NCBI GenBank assembly: GCA_017650325.1
Contig: JAGCFC010000170.1
Coordinates: 1 to 53,229, forward strand
DNA from: Salinivirgaceae bacterium
Lineage (GTDB): Bacteria; Bacteroidota; Bacteroidia; Bacteroidales; SZUA-534
DNA: 53,229 nt
Reading direction: 5' to 3'
Part shown: piece after piece, positions 8,285 through 17,818 of the stretch
Numbering within the stretch: position 1 is the first letter of the stretch
How the letters are laid out: each line of letters begins with the position of its first letter
Notes under the pieces: model-generated
The model's input: only the letters and a program-made list of their open reading frames with translations
The model's database searches: none
Told to the model about the DNA's origin: nothing
Program-made: the position numbers and the translations under genes

Positions 8285-10749
8285 TCTTTAAGTTCGAACA
8301 ATAATATTTCAACGCGGCGGTAATTCATCTCGTGCGTTGTACGGTCGTATTTGCCGTGCTCAGTCGATTCGCCGTGACCCTGGGTGATTATTTTCCGCCC
8401 GTCAACATTGTTCTCGAGCAGATATTTGAGCACGTTCTGCGCTCTCAACTGCGATAGGTTTATATTGTGGGTCCGCTCGCCTTGAGTGTCGGCATAGCCG
8501 TTGATCTCAGCACCGATTGAAGCGTTGTCTATAAGCAGGTCAATTATTTGCTGCAGTTCTTTTTTCGAACTTGCAGTCAGCGTGCTTTCATTGAGTTTAT
8601 AGTAAAGCGTGTGCTTATGGATAATTTTACGCTGATCGGGTTGTGAGACTTTGAACAGTGCGGGATTGGTGTTCTCCTGACGGTTGATGCTGCTTCTGTG
8701 GTTTCGCGTCGGAATTTCGAACCGGCTCAGGTCGATGGGGGAGGCTGTATAGAAAGTGTCCTGCCCAATGACATGCATCGAAACCGATTTGTTTTTGTTG
8801 CCGTCGGTGTAGAAGTGCGTTTCGGTCACCTTGTCCTTCTGCTTCGTGTTGGCGTCGAGAATGCTCAATGTGACAGAGTCGCTGGTGTTTATGGCATCTT
8901 CGATGAGCGAAAGCAGATCGTCGGTACTTTTTTTAAGTTTTTTCTGCTTATCCTTGTTGTTTGTCTGCGTGTTGTTGTAACTCAGCTTGTTAACAGTGTC
9001 CGATGTTTGGATAATGTTTTCCACCAGTTCAAGCAGATGCTCGTAGTAGATGGGCTGCTGAGGTGTGTTGTTGTTGGTTATAGAGTCGGCTTCCGAGGTT
9101 TTGTAAATGTCATAGAAGACGTTGTTCACCATCACTTCCTCGCCAATATCGCTGTTGTTCAGCTTGATAGGCTGCAGCGTTATTTCTTGGTATAGCTCAT
9201 AGAAGTAGTTCTGGTATGGAATGTGGATGTTTATAAGCTGCGGCATGAAATTCGGTGTCGATATCACAAGCTGATAGTTTTTTGCCGGAGGGAAAATCAT
9301 CAGGTATTTGCCAGGTTCAGTGTCGGGTGTGTACACATATTTCACCTGCTCGTGTGTGTTTTTGTCATACACTTTTATATCAACTTTAATCGGTTTTGGT
9401 GGTGTGCCAGCCAGAACTGTTCCTTTGACAAGTGTGAGAGGAATAGGATCTTTGTAGCCGACTTTCATTATGGTGTGGCGTCCGTACGAATTGTTTCTCG
9501 ATGTTGAAAAGTACCCGTATTCGCCGCTTGCGTTCAGTACAAATGTCAAGTCGTCGATGGTGGTGTTCGGAAAGCCCATGTTTTCAGGCTCAGTCCATTC
9601 TCCATTCACGCGTTTAGATTTGAAAATGTCTTTGTCGCCTATTGTGCTATGACCTTGTGAACTGAAAAAGAGTGTTTGTCCGTCATAATGGATGAATGGT
9701 GATTCTTCGTTGAATTTGGTGTTGACTTTGTCGCCAAGATTTACAGGCTCGTCCCATTCGCCTTTTTTGTTCAGTGTCGACACATATATGTCGTGTCCGC
9801 CAAAACCGCCCGGTCTGTCACTCACAAAATACAGCTTTGTCCCGTCTGGTGTTATGCTGGCCGCACCTTCGTAATACGGGGTGTTGATGTTCTTGTTAAG
9901 TTTCTTTATGTCGGTTATTGTTGTGCCGTGCAATAGTCCGGAGTAAATGTCCTGATTGAGACCTTCGCCAAGATTCAGAAAAACAGTGTGGCCGTCGGGT
10001 GAAATGCCTGCCAGTGTGGCACTCAGATGTTGCAGTTTGTGCTCAAGTTCAAGTGTTACCTTTTCAGGCTTTAACCATGTGTTGTTATCGTCCTTGACCG
10101 ACAGCATTATGCTTTTCGACGTCTCATATCCTTTGCCCACTCCGGTTTCGCGCATGAAGAGCATCATGCTCTCGTCGGCACTGATTAGCGGATTGTAGTC
10201 CGATTCGCCAGTATATAGCGACATTACAGGTTCGATATCGACTTTATATGGCTGTTCGGTAATGTTTATGGCGTTCTGACAGACACCAATCATCCGTTTG
10301 CAGTGGTTAATCTTGTTAAGGTCGGCTTTACCACTCTTGGCGGTTTTGTTTATGTATTTGTTGAACTCCTTTATGGCGTCCTCAAATCGGTATGCAACGT
10401 GGTACGCGTCGCCAAGATACCAGATGACATCGAGTGGTACAAGAGTTCCAGCCGATACATAGGCTTCTTCAAGATACTTGATTGATTTCTCTTTCTCGTA
10501 TCTCGATTTCAGATAGCAAAGGCCGATCTGGTACCGAAGGTTGATGTCGTCGATAATGGAGTCGAGTTGTATATAAATAGGTAATGCCTTTTCATATTGC
10601 CCGGCTTCAAAAAAGTTGTTGGCTGATTTAAGCAGTTTCCGTTCCGATTGAGAATATTGTGCAGCAGCACTTTGCACCACCAACGCAAGCACAAGGCAGC
10701 AGGTGATTCTCAGCCATATGGTATGGGATTTTTTTTTGTTACATATCAT
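8281..10749 (-). CDS. PorE-like TPR-PD40-CarboxypepD-OmpA protein with a long insertion before the OmpA domain
   Basis: TPRs; PD40 repeats (LYFVSDRPGGFGGHDIY, EESPFIHYDGQTLFFSS); OmpA GYADTQG..NINLSQLRA..RRVE. Confidence 0.88.
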   Translation of the reverse strand: MICNKKKSHTIWLRITCCLVLALVVQSAAAQYSQSERKLLKSANNFFEAGQYEKALPIYIQLDSIIDDINLRYQIGLCYLKSRYEKEKSIKYLEEAYVSAGTLVPLDVIWYLGDAYHVAYRFEDAIKEFNKYINKTAKSGKADLNKINHCKRMIGVCQNAINITEQPYKVDIEPVMSLYTGESDYNPLISADESMMLFMRETGVGKGYETSKSIMLSVKDDNNTWLKPEKVTLELEHKLQHLSATLAGISPDGHTVFLNLGEGLNQDIYSGLLHGTTITDIKKLNKNINTPYYEGAASITPDGTKLYFVSDRPGGFGGHDIYVSTLNKKGEWDEPVNLGDKVNTKFNEESPFIHYDGQTLFFSSQGHSTIGDKDIFKSKRVNGEWTEPENMGFPNTTIDDLTFVLNASGEYGYFSTSRNNSYGRHTIMKVGYKDPIPLTLVKGTVLAGTPPKPIKVDIKVYDKNTHEQVKYVYTPDTEPGKYLMIFPPAKNYQLVISTPNFMPQLINIHIPYQNYFYELYQEITLQPIKLNNSDIGEEVMVNNVFYDIYKTSEADSITNNNTPQQPIYYEHLLELVENIIQTSDTVNKLSYNNTQTNNKDKQKKLKKSTDDLLSLIEDAINTSDSVTLSILDANTKQKDKVTETHFYTDGNKNKSVSMHVIGQDTFYTASPIDLSRFEIPTRNHRSSINRQENTNPALFKVSQPDQRKIIHKHTLYYKLNESTLTASSKKELQQIIDLLIDNASIGAEINGYADTQGERTHNINLSQLRAQNVLKYLLENNVDGRKIITQGHGESTEHGKYDRTTHEMNYRRVEILLFELKD

Positions 10750-10808
10750 AGCCCTGTTTTATTTGTGTGTAACACTCAAAATTACTTTTTTTAAAGTTCG
10801 GAGCAAAC

Positions 10809-11624
10809 ATGATTTTACGTTTTGTTATGTATTTTTTCAATAACCTAATAAACAGACTATTCCGCGCCGACTCTTTGGATGTTGCGGCGAGAAGGGCCGG
10901 ATATGTCAGCGACCAAATGGGTATCAGATCGCGTTTTTTGCGTGAAAATACCAATTGGCAGTCGCATCTCGACAATACCCGAAATTTCATTGTCGAGGCG
11001 GCTAATCAGCTGACGATTCGGAAGTCGGTGGCGGTGCTTGGCAGTGGATGGCTTTATGATGTTCCTCTTGAACAATTGTCGCAAATGTTTGATTCAGTAA
11101 CACTTGTCGATATTGTACATCCAGAGCCGGTGAGGCAGAAAGCGAGTCGTATGCCTAATGTCACTTTGCTCTGCGCCGATTTGACGGGCGGTGCGGTGAT
11201 GGCAGCCACTCAATCGGAGTCATTCAGTCAGTTTGTCGATTGGTTGCCAAATGCTGCGCCTTCTGTCAGTTTCGACAATTTCGACCTTGTGGTGTCTGTC
11301 AATCTGCTTAATCAGCTCGATATTATTTTGTGCGACTATCTGAAAAAACGATTCGGGGTTTCCGATTCCGAACTGTTGCCCGTCAGACAAACTGTGCAGC
11401 AGCAGCATATCAGCTGGCTCCCTAAAAATCATTCGTGTCTCATAACCGATTATTTGCAGATTGACAAGCCGGTTGGTGGCGAACCTCCTGTGGAGACCAG
11501 GTTGCTGTTTGCTGATCTTTCCGATTTGCCTCCGTTCAAGGAATGGGAGTGGGTTTTTGACACCAGTCAGCGCTATTCTGTAAAAAATAATACCTATTTT
11601 AAGGTGATGGCCGTTTGTTTTTGA
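10809..11624 (+). CDS. Conserved hypothetical protein, possible SAM-dependent methyltransferase-like fold
   Basis: VAVLGSGWLYD, VTLVDIVH, ADLTG and FDLVVSVNLL resemble class I MTase motifs. Confidence 0.55.
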   Translation: MILRFVMYFFNNLINRLFRADSLDVAARRAGYVSDQMGIRSRFLRENTNWQSHLDNTRNFIVEAANQLTIRKSVAVLGSGWLYDVPLEQLSQMFDSVTLVDIVHPEPVRQKASRMPNVTLLCADLTGGAVMAATQSESFSQFVDWLPNAAPSVSFDNFDLVVSVNLLNQLDIILCDYLKKRFGVSDSELLPVRQTVQQQHISWLPKNHSCLITDYLQIDKPVGGEPPVETRLLFADLSDLPPFKEWEWVFDTSQRYSVKNNTYFKVMAVCF

Positions 11625-11708
11625 CAATGGACTTTGTATCTTAGCCTTTTATATTGGCTGGCTTTCGGGCTTGCCTCAATATTGTGTAAATGATTAAAAA
11701 TTAATGCA

Positions 11709-12764
11709 ATGAGATTTAAAACAATTTCTTTGGCAGTCGGTTTGGCGTTCTGTTTAAGCGGATATGCCCAAAATCCTGCAGGCAAAGACACAACACTCGT
11801 TATTGCTGGCAATCAGGATGCCGAGGTCGCTTTCAACGAAGGTAACGATTTTGTTGCCCAACGTAATTTTCAAGAGGCCATAACAAGCTTCACAAAAGCC
11901 TTGTCGTTCAATCCTCAATTCACAAAGGCCATGGTAAACCGTGGGTTCGCAAAGTCGGAGCTGGCTGATTACAGTGGTGCCATAACCGATTTTACTATGG
12001 CAATCGAACTCGAAGAGTCGGCTGTCGCCTATTATGGACGCGGTCTGGCTTATTTCAACCAAAATAATTCGAGTGACGCGCTGACAGATTTCGAACTTGC
12101 CATCAAGGCTGGATACAACGAGGCAAAGGTTTATTATTATGCCGGTGTGGCCAATTTTGAGTGCGGAAACTATGAGGAGAGTGTCAACAACCTCACGCTC
12201 TCAATCACATTCGATGGCAATAACGCTCAAGCTTACAACGATCGAGGCAGTGCCAAACGTATGAAAGAAGACTACGATGGCGCTATTGCCGATTATCAGA
12301 CTGCCATTAAGATTGACCCGAAACTGGCTACGGCCTACAACAATCTTGCAAGCGCACTGCTTAAAAAGGGCAATGTCGATGATGCCATCAGCAATTACGG
12401 ATTGGCTATAGGTCTCGATTCTGAATATTTTATCGCTTACAACAATCGCGCCCGCGCAAAATTCGAGAAAAACGATTTCGACGGCATGATTGCTGATTGC
12501 CAGAAGGCCATTCAAATAAATCCCGAGTATGCCTACGCCTATAATAATATAGGAATAGCACAGATGAAAAAGAAAGATTACGAGGCAGCATACCGTTCGT
12601 TCAGCGACGCCATTAAGATCAATCCGAATTTTGCCGAAGCATATCTTAACCGTGGCAGTTGCCAGGAGATGCAGCGCAAGTTTGACGAGGCTGTCGCCGA
12701 CTGGCGCAAAGCCTATGAACTTGGCATAACTAAGGCCAGAAACTACATTTCGTTTTATGAATAA
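11709..12764 (+). CDS. Exported TPR-repeat protein
   Basis: Signal peptide GYA|Q; about nine TPRs (AYNNRG/AYLNRG..AI.D...AI.INP). Confidence 0.92.
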   Translation: MRFKTISLAVGLAFCLSGYAQNPAGKDTTLVIAGNQDAEVAFNEGNDFVAQRNFQEAITSFTKALSFNPQFTKAMVNRGFAKSELADYSGAITDFTMAIELEESAVAYYGRGLAYFNQNNSSDALTDFELAIKAGYNEAKVYYYAGVANFECGNYEESVNNLTLSITFDGNNAQAYNDRGSAKRMKEDYDGAIADYQTAIKIDPKLATAYNNLASALLKKGNVDDAISNYGLAIGLDSEYFIAYNNRARAKFEKNDFDGMIADCQKAIQINPEYAYAYNNIGIAQMKKKDYEAAYRSFSDAIKINPNFAEAYLNRGSCQEMQRKFDEAVADWRKAYELGITKARNYISFYE

Positions 12765-12779
12765 TTTTCAAAGTTGACT

Positions 12780-14825
12780 ATGAAACGCTTATATATTATT
12801 ATTGTGGCATTGGCCTGCAGCACTTCTGCATTCAGCCAGGATATTCCGTTTGACAAGAACTATTTTCAAAACCAGAAAGACGCCTTTAAAGAGGCTAATA
12901 ACAGCCTGAAAGACGGTGAGTCGTATTTCAGCAAAGAGTATTATTACGAGGCTTTGCAGTATTATCTTGAGGCACATAAGTTTAACCCAAACTATTCGCT
13001 GCTCAACTATCGCATAGGAGTGTGCTATATGAATCTGCCGATGAAGTACAAAAGCATCGACTTCTTTGAGAAAGCATATCAATTACGTCGCGACGTGGCT
13101 GACGACATTCACTACATGCTGGCTCGCGGCTACCATCTTAATGGTCAGTACGACAAGGCGATAGGGGAATACAAGGCTCATATGGCCGTTCTTACTCCGA
13201 CTGAGGCTCCTGAAATGAAGCCGCAGCTTGAAAAACTGATTGCTGAATGCGAGTTCGGAAAACAGTTGATGGAAAATCCGGCACGCGCCTTCATCGATAA
13301 CATTGGCTCTGTGCTGAACTCTCGTTTCAATGACCATAGCCCGCTTATCTCTGCCGATGAATCAATGATGATTTTCACCTCGACACGAAACAACGGTCGT
13401 TCGATGAGTCTCGATGACGGACAATATGACGAGGATATCTACATCAGTTACAATGAAAAGAAAAACTGGCAGGTTCCAAGTGAGATAGGAGAACCAATCA
13501 ATACCCAGTACGATGATGCAACCGTTGGCTTGTTCCCTGATGGTCAGCAACTGCTTATCTACAACGGCCGTAAAGGCAGTGGCGATATTGAGATGTGCTC
13601 ACTGAAAGGAACCAAGTGGGAATATCCTAAATCAATGCCTAAGCCTATCAACTCTGAGTATCGCGAGACATCGGCATGTTTCTCACCCGACGGACGCCGG
13701 ATTTATTTCGTCAGCGACCGACCAGGTGGATATGGTGGAACTGACATCTACGTGTGCACCCGCACTGCAAAGGATAAATGGGGTGAGGCTGTCAATCTTG
13801 GACCAATAATTAACACTCAGTACGACGAAGAGGCTGTGTTTATGCACCCTGACGGACGTACATTGTATTTCAGTTCACGCGGACATAACACCATGGGCGG
13901 CTATGATATTTTCATGTCGCAGATGGACGATAAAGGCAATTGGTCGGAGCCGGTTAATCTCGGTTACCCGATTAACTCGCCCGACAATGACCTCTGTTTT
14001 GTAATATCAGCCAATGGCCGACACGGATATTGCAGCAGCGTGCGTCCTGAAGGTTCTGGAGGTCTCGACATCTATCGAATGACATTCCTTGGCCCCGAAA
14101 AGCCATACACTCTGTCGGGTGAGGACAACTTGATTTCGGCGCGTTCGCAGCCGGTTTCCGACATGGTTATGGAGGCTTCGGTCGAACTGGTTACAATCCG
14201 CCTGACAATTGTTAAGGGTATTGTTCGCGATGCCATAAGCAACGAGCCGGTAAGCGCTACTATCGATATCGTCGATAACGAGAAGAATGAGGTTATTTTC
14301 ACATCGCAGACCAACTCGGCAACAGGTAAGTTCCTTGTTTCGCTGCCTTCGGGTAAGAACTATGGCTTGATGGTGAGAGCCGACAACTATCTGTTCCACT
14401 CTGAGAACTTTGATATCCCGGCAGCAACCGAGTATCAGGAGATTGAAAAAGACATTGCTCTCAATAACATCAAAAAGGACGTGAAGATTATCCTTAAGAA
14501 CGTGTTCTTCGAGACAGGCAGCGCCAAACTGAAACCGACATCGTATGCCGAGCTTGGTCGTTTGACAAAACTTATGAGCGAAATTCCCGCTTTGCGTATT
14601 GAGATTTCCGGACACACTGACAATCAGGGCAGTAAGGCAACTAACCAACGTCTGTCGGAGGCTCGCGCCAAATCGGTTGTCGATTTCTTGATTTCAGAGG
14701 GTGTTGATGCAAGCCGTTTGGAGTACAAAGGTTATGCGTTCGACCAGCCGGTTGCCGACAATGCCACCAAAGAGGGTAGGGCAATGAACCGCCGTGTTGA
14801 GTTCAAGGTTTTGAGTACTGAATAA
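12780..14825 (+). CDS. PorE-like TPR-PD40-CarboxypepD-OmpA protein
   Basis: Signal peptide AFS|Q, PD40 repeats, IEISGHTDNQG..NQRLSEARA..NRRVEF; ATG at 12780 preferred over TTG at 12774. Confidence 0.92.
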   Translation: MKRLYIIIVALACSTSAFSQDIPFDKNYFQNQKDAFKEANNSLKDGESYFSKEYYYEALQYYLEAHKFNPNYSLLNYRIGVCYMNLPMKYKSIDFFEKAYQLRRDVADDIHYMLARGYHLNGQYDKAIGEYKAHMAVLTPTEAPEMKPQLEKLIAECEFGKQLMENPARAFIDNIGSVLNSRFNDHSPLISADESMMIFTSTRNNGRSMSLDDGQYDEDIYISYNEKKNWQVPSEIGEPINTQYDDATVGLFPDGQQLLIYNGRKGSGDIEMCSLKGTKWEYPKSMPKPINSEYRETSACFSPDGRRIYFVSDRPGGYGGTDIYVCTRTAKDKWGEAVNLGPIINTQYDEEAVFMHPDGRTLYFSSRGHNTMGGYDIFMSQMDDKGNWSEPVNLGYPINSPDNDLCFVISANGRHGYCSSVRPEGSGGLDIYRMTFLGPEKPYTLSGEDNLISARSQPVSDMVMEASVELVTIRLTIVKGIVRDAISNEPVSATIDIVDNEKNEVIFTSQTNSATGKFLVSLPSGKNYGLMVRADNYLFHSENFDIPAATEYQEIEKDIALNNIKKDVKIILKNVFFETGSAKLKPTSYAELGRLTKLMSEIPALRIEISGHTDNQGSKATNQRLSEARAKSVVDFLISEGVDASRLEYKGYAFDQPVADNATKEGRAMNRRVEFKVLSTE

Positions 14826-14837
14826 AACGAAGAATTC

Positions 14838-14874
14838 CAGAATGCGTCTCTGAACGGACGCATTCTGTCTTTTT
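14838..14874 (+). terminator. Intrinsic terminator
   Basis: CAGAATGCGTC-N8-GACGCATTCTG followed by TCTTTTT. Confidence 0.75.
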
Positions 14875-14884
14875 GTGACTGATA

Positions 14885-16711
14885 ATGGGCAGCAAATTTT
14901 TGTTCAGGCTTAAGGAGCGTTTTTTCAAGAGTTACTTTATTGTACAAGACTCACTGCTGAAGATTTACCGTGTGGTAGCTTCGTTGTGCAATATTGTAAT
15001 TCTGATCTGCAGTTTGCTGTTTGCCACCTTGCTGATAGCGAGGCTTGGATTCTATCATCATCAGATTGTCCAGGACAATGTCGATGTCCTTATAGGTAAG
15101 ATATTTATTGTCACATATATAGCCAAATATGTGCATGATATCTATATGTTGGTTAGTCGCAAAATTCTGCCGCGGTTGATTGATATACTGATATTTATCG
15201 TCTGCACGGTGGTGTTTTTGCCCAACGTTCATACTTTTTCTGCCGATTTTGCGGGGAATTCATTCATGTCGAGTTTCCCGCCAGTGGCAACAGCCATGGG
15301 ACTGATTCTGGTCGCAGACTTCTACAAAGTCGCGAAAGTGATATCGTCGATGAAGATGTCGCCGCCGTTGCTTTTCGCCTTCAGTTTTATTGTGATGATA
15401 TTCGTGGGGTCGGGCTTGCTGATGCTGCCTAATGTTCATTCGGGTAGCATAACCTATTTCCAAGCGTTGTTTACCTCAGCAAGCGCCATTTGCGTTTCAG
15501 GATTGTCGGTAATCGATTTAACTGAAATACTGACATTTAAAGGTAATGTCATATTGCTGTTCCTTTTTCAGATAGGCGGTTTGGGCGTAATGGCTTTCAC
15601 GGGTTTGTTCGCATTCGCATTCACAGGTACGGTGTCATTCAAAGACCGCATTCTGCTTAAAGACATGTTTTCGTCCGACACTATGGGCGACATCTTTTCG
15701 TTCATAGCTAAAATGCTGTCAATCACCTTGCTGTTTGAGTCAATTGGGGCGGTTGCAATATATTTAAGCATAAGCGACAGTAATATTCAAAACCCGATAT
15801 TTTTCTCGATATTCCATTCTGTATCAGCGTTTTGTAACTGCGGAATATCAACATTGCCCGATGGTTTTGCAAATCCGGCTGTGGCTGGAAACAATACACT
15901 TCTGATGCTGATAGCCATACTTGCAACGTTTGGCGGCATTGGTTTCCCTGTGTTGATTGCTCTTTATTCATCGATACGCAACCGGACAATCAAGTTGCTG
16001 CACATTTCGGTCGACCGCCGCAGCATTGCCCGTCTTGTAGGGACCGATATGTCTACACATATTGCCATGATTGCCACATTAGGCATTCTTGTGGTTGGCA
16101 CTGTCAGTTATTATTTTCTTGAGCTTGGCAACACATTAGCCTACGACTCTGAATCGTCGCGTTGGGTTAAATCGTTCTTCTGTTGTGCCACGGCACGTAC
16201 AGCAGGTTTCAATGTGTCGGATATCAGCTGCTGGAGTAGCGCCACAATGGCTCTAATGATTGGTATTATGTGGATTGGTGCGTCACCAGGTTCGACTGGA
16301 GGCGGTATTAAAACCACCACATTCGCACTTGCGCTCTGCTCTATTGTAAGTTTCATTCGGGGTAACCGTTATATCGAAATAGGTTACCATCGTATTGGTT
16401 TTGAGACGATTTCGCGTGTATTGGTGTTGGTTACCATGTCACTGCTGATTATCTTTGTCGCATTTATACTATTTTCATTTTTCGAGCCGGACAAGAATCC
16501 GTTCACGTTGTTTTTCGATACGGTTTCGATGTATAGCACAACGGGATTGTCTCTGTCGGGTACGGCAAGTTTGTCTACACCATCGCAGGTGCTCACAATG
16601 GTTATGATGTTCCTTGGTAGGGTTGGACCGCTTACGCTGTTGTCGGGCATTTTTGTGTCGCGCAAGGCAAAATATGCGAAATATCCATATAAAAACTTGA
16701 CTATTAACTAA
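14885..16711 (+). CDS. ktrB: Trk/Ktr K+ transporter membrane subunit (KtrB/TrkH) with N-terminal TM extension
   Basis: Four pore motifs (SAICVSGLS, SAFCNCGIS, TARTAGFN, YSTTGLS), GASPGSTGGGIKTTT, MFLGRVGPLT. Confidence 0.9.
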   Translation: MGSKFLFRLKERFFKSYFIVQDSLLKIYRVVASLCNIVILICSLLFATLLIARLGFYHHQIVQDNVDVLIGKIFIVTYIAKYVHDIYMLVSRKILPRLIDILIFIVCTVVFLPNVHTFSADFAGNSFMSSFPPVATAMGLILVADFYKVAKVISSMKMSPPLLFAFSFIVMIFVGSGLLMLPNVHSGSITYFQALFTSASAICVSGLSVIDLTEILTFKGNVILLFLFQIGGLGVMAFTGLFAFAFTGTVSFKDRILLKDMFSSDTMGDIFSFIAKMLSITLLFESIGAVAIYLSISDSNIQNPIFFSIFHSVSAFCNCGISTLPDGFANPAVAGNNTLLMLIAILATFGGIGFPVLIALYSSIRNRTIKLLHISVDRRSIARLVGTDMSTHIAMIATLGILVVGTVSYYFLELGNTLAYDSESSRWVKSFFCCATARTAGFNVSDISCWSSATMALMIGIMWIGASPGSTGGGIKTTTFALALCSIVSFIRGNRYIEIGYHRIGFETISRVLVLVTMSLLIIFVAFILFSFFEPDKNPFTLFFDTVSMYSTTGLSLSGTASLSTPSQVLTMVMMFLGRVGPLTLLSGIFVSRKAKYAKYPYKNLTIN

Positions 16712-16738
16712 TTAGAAAACGATAAAAACAGGTAGAAT

Positions 16739-17416
16739 ATGAAGTTTATTGTTATCGGATTGGGCTACTTCGGCTCAACATTGGCAATTAGCCTGACTGA
16801 GCAGGGGCATGAGGTTATCGGTATCGACAACAAGTTTGAACGTGTCGATGAACTGAAGAATCAGATTGGAAACGTGATGGAGATGGACACAACCAACGAA
16901 AATGCGGTTAAGACATTACCATTAAACGATACCGATGCGGTGATTGTAGCCATTGGCGAAGATGTCGGTTCGTCGATTCTCACACTGTCGATATTGAAAA
17001 AACTGAATGCCAACAACATTATAGGCCGCATTATCAGTCCGATGCACAAGAGCATTCTCAATCAGATTGGAATTGAAAACACTGTTCATCCGGAATCGGA
17101 AACGGCAATAGCTATAAGCTTGCAGTTGCAGGTTAAGAATGCTTTGAAAATCACCGAGATAGATGCGAATAATGTGATTGTGGAGTTCAAGGTGCCGCAG
17201 AAGTACGTTTCGCATACGCTCGAAACCGCCAATCTCGAAACACGATTCAAACTGAAGACTGTTGCCATCAAATCGTTAGGAAAGAAGGGGCTTATCACTC
17301 GAGAGCATACTGTAACAACTCTTTCGCCTGACAACAATTATATTTTCAAGGAGAACGATGTGATTATTGTAGCCGGACTGCTCGAAAATATGAAGAAGTT
17401 CGCTGCGGAGCAGTAA
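16739..17416 (+). CDS. ktrA: Trk/Ktr RCK regulatory subunit (KtrA/TrkA)
   Basis: IVIGLGYFG, VIVAIGED, HPE motifs; C-terminal TrkA_C. Confidence 0.9.
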   Translation: MKFIVIGLGYFGSTLAISLTEQGHEVIGIDNKFERVDELKNQIGNVMEMDTTNENAVKTLPLNDTDAVIVAIGEDVGSSILTLSILKKLNANNIIGRIISPMHKSILNQIGIENTVHPESETAIAISLQLQVKNALKITEIDANNVIVEFKVPQKYVSHTLETANLETRFKLKTVAIKSLGKKGLITREHTVTTLSPDNNYIFKENDVIIVAGLLENMKKFAAEQ

Positions 17417-17436
17417 ACTATAAATTTTGCAAAAAT

Positions 17437-17471
17437 AAAAGCCCTTTAAATCTGTGATTTAAAGGGCTTTT
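17437..17471. terminator. Bidirectional terminator between ktrA and the tRNA
   Basis: AAAAGCCCTTTAAATC-TGT-GATTTAAAGGGCTTTT perfect inverted repeat. Confidence 0.85.
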
Positions 17472-17474
17472 ACG

Positions 17475-17548
17475 TGAGTCGGTTGGGATTCGAACCCAAG
17501 ACCCACAGCTTAGAAGGCTGTTGCTCTATCCAGCTGAGCTACCGAACC
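17475..17548 (-). tRNA. tRNA-Arg (anticodon TCT), CCA not encoded
   Basis: GGTTCGGTAGCTCAGCTGGATAGAGCA-ACAGC-CTTCTAA-GCTGT..GGTTCGAATCC..CCGACTCA cloverleaf. Confidence 0.96.
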
Positions 17549-17569
17549 AGTTTTGCTTTTTTAGCGGCG

Positions 17570-17600
17570 CAAAAATAAGGCATAATCTTTCCTTTGCAAA
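17570..17600 (-). promoter_or_regulatory. Bacteroidota housekeeping promoter of tRNA-Arg
   Basis: TTTG-N19-TATTTTTG, matching the -33/-7 consensus. Confidence 0.75.
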
Positions 17601-17818
17601 AATATATTGATTTTTCTGCCATAATTAGACGTTTTTATGGTTGATTTTTATGGAAATCATAATCGAGTGCTTCAAAAAGAATTTTTTACTCTGATTTCTT
17701 TAAAAAAGCGGAAAAGGATTATTTTTGAAAAAACACAAAGTGTTTTCTTCTTTTAAAGCAAGTTGTTGAAACTTATATGTAAAAGAAAATTAATAAATTA
17801 CAGATAGATAAAAGTCGA

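Noticed and set aside
14885-17548. ktrBA as an island integrated at the tRNA-Arg 3' end
   Set aside because: No integrase and no duplicated tRNA 3' fragment was seen.
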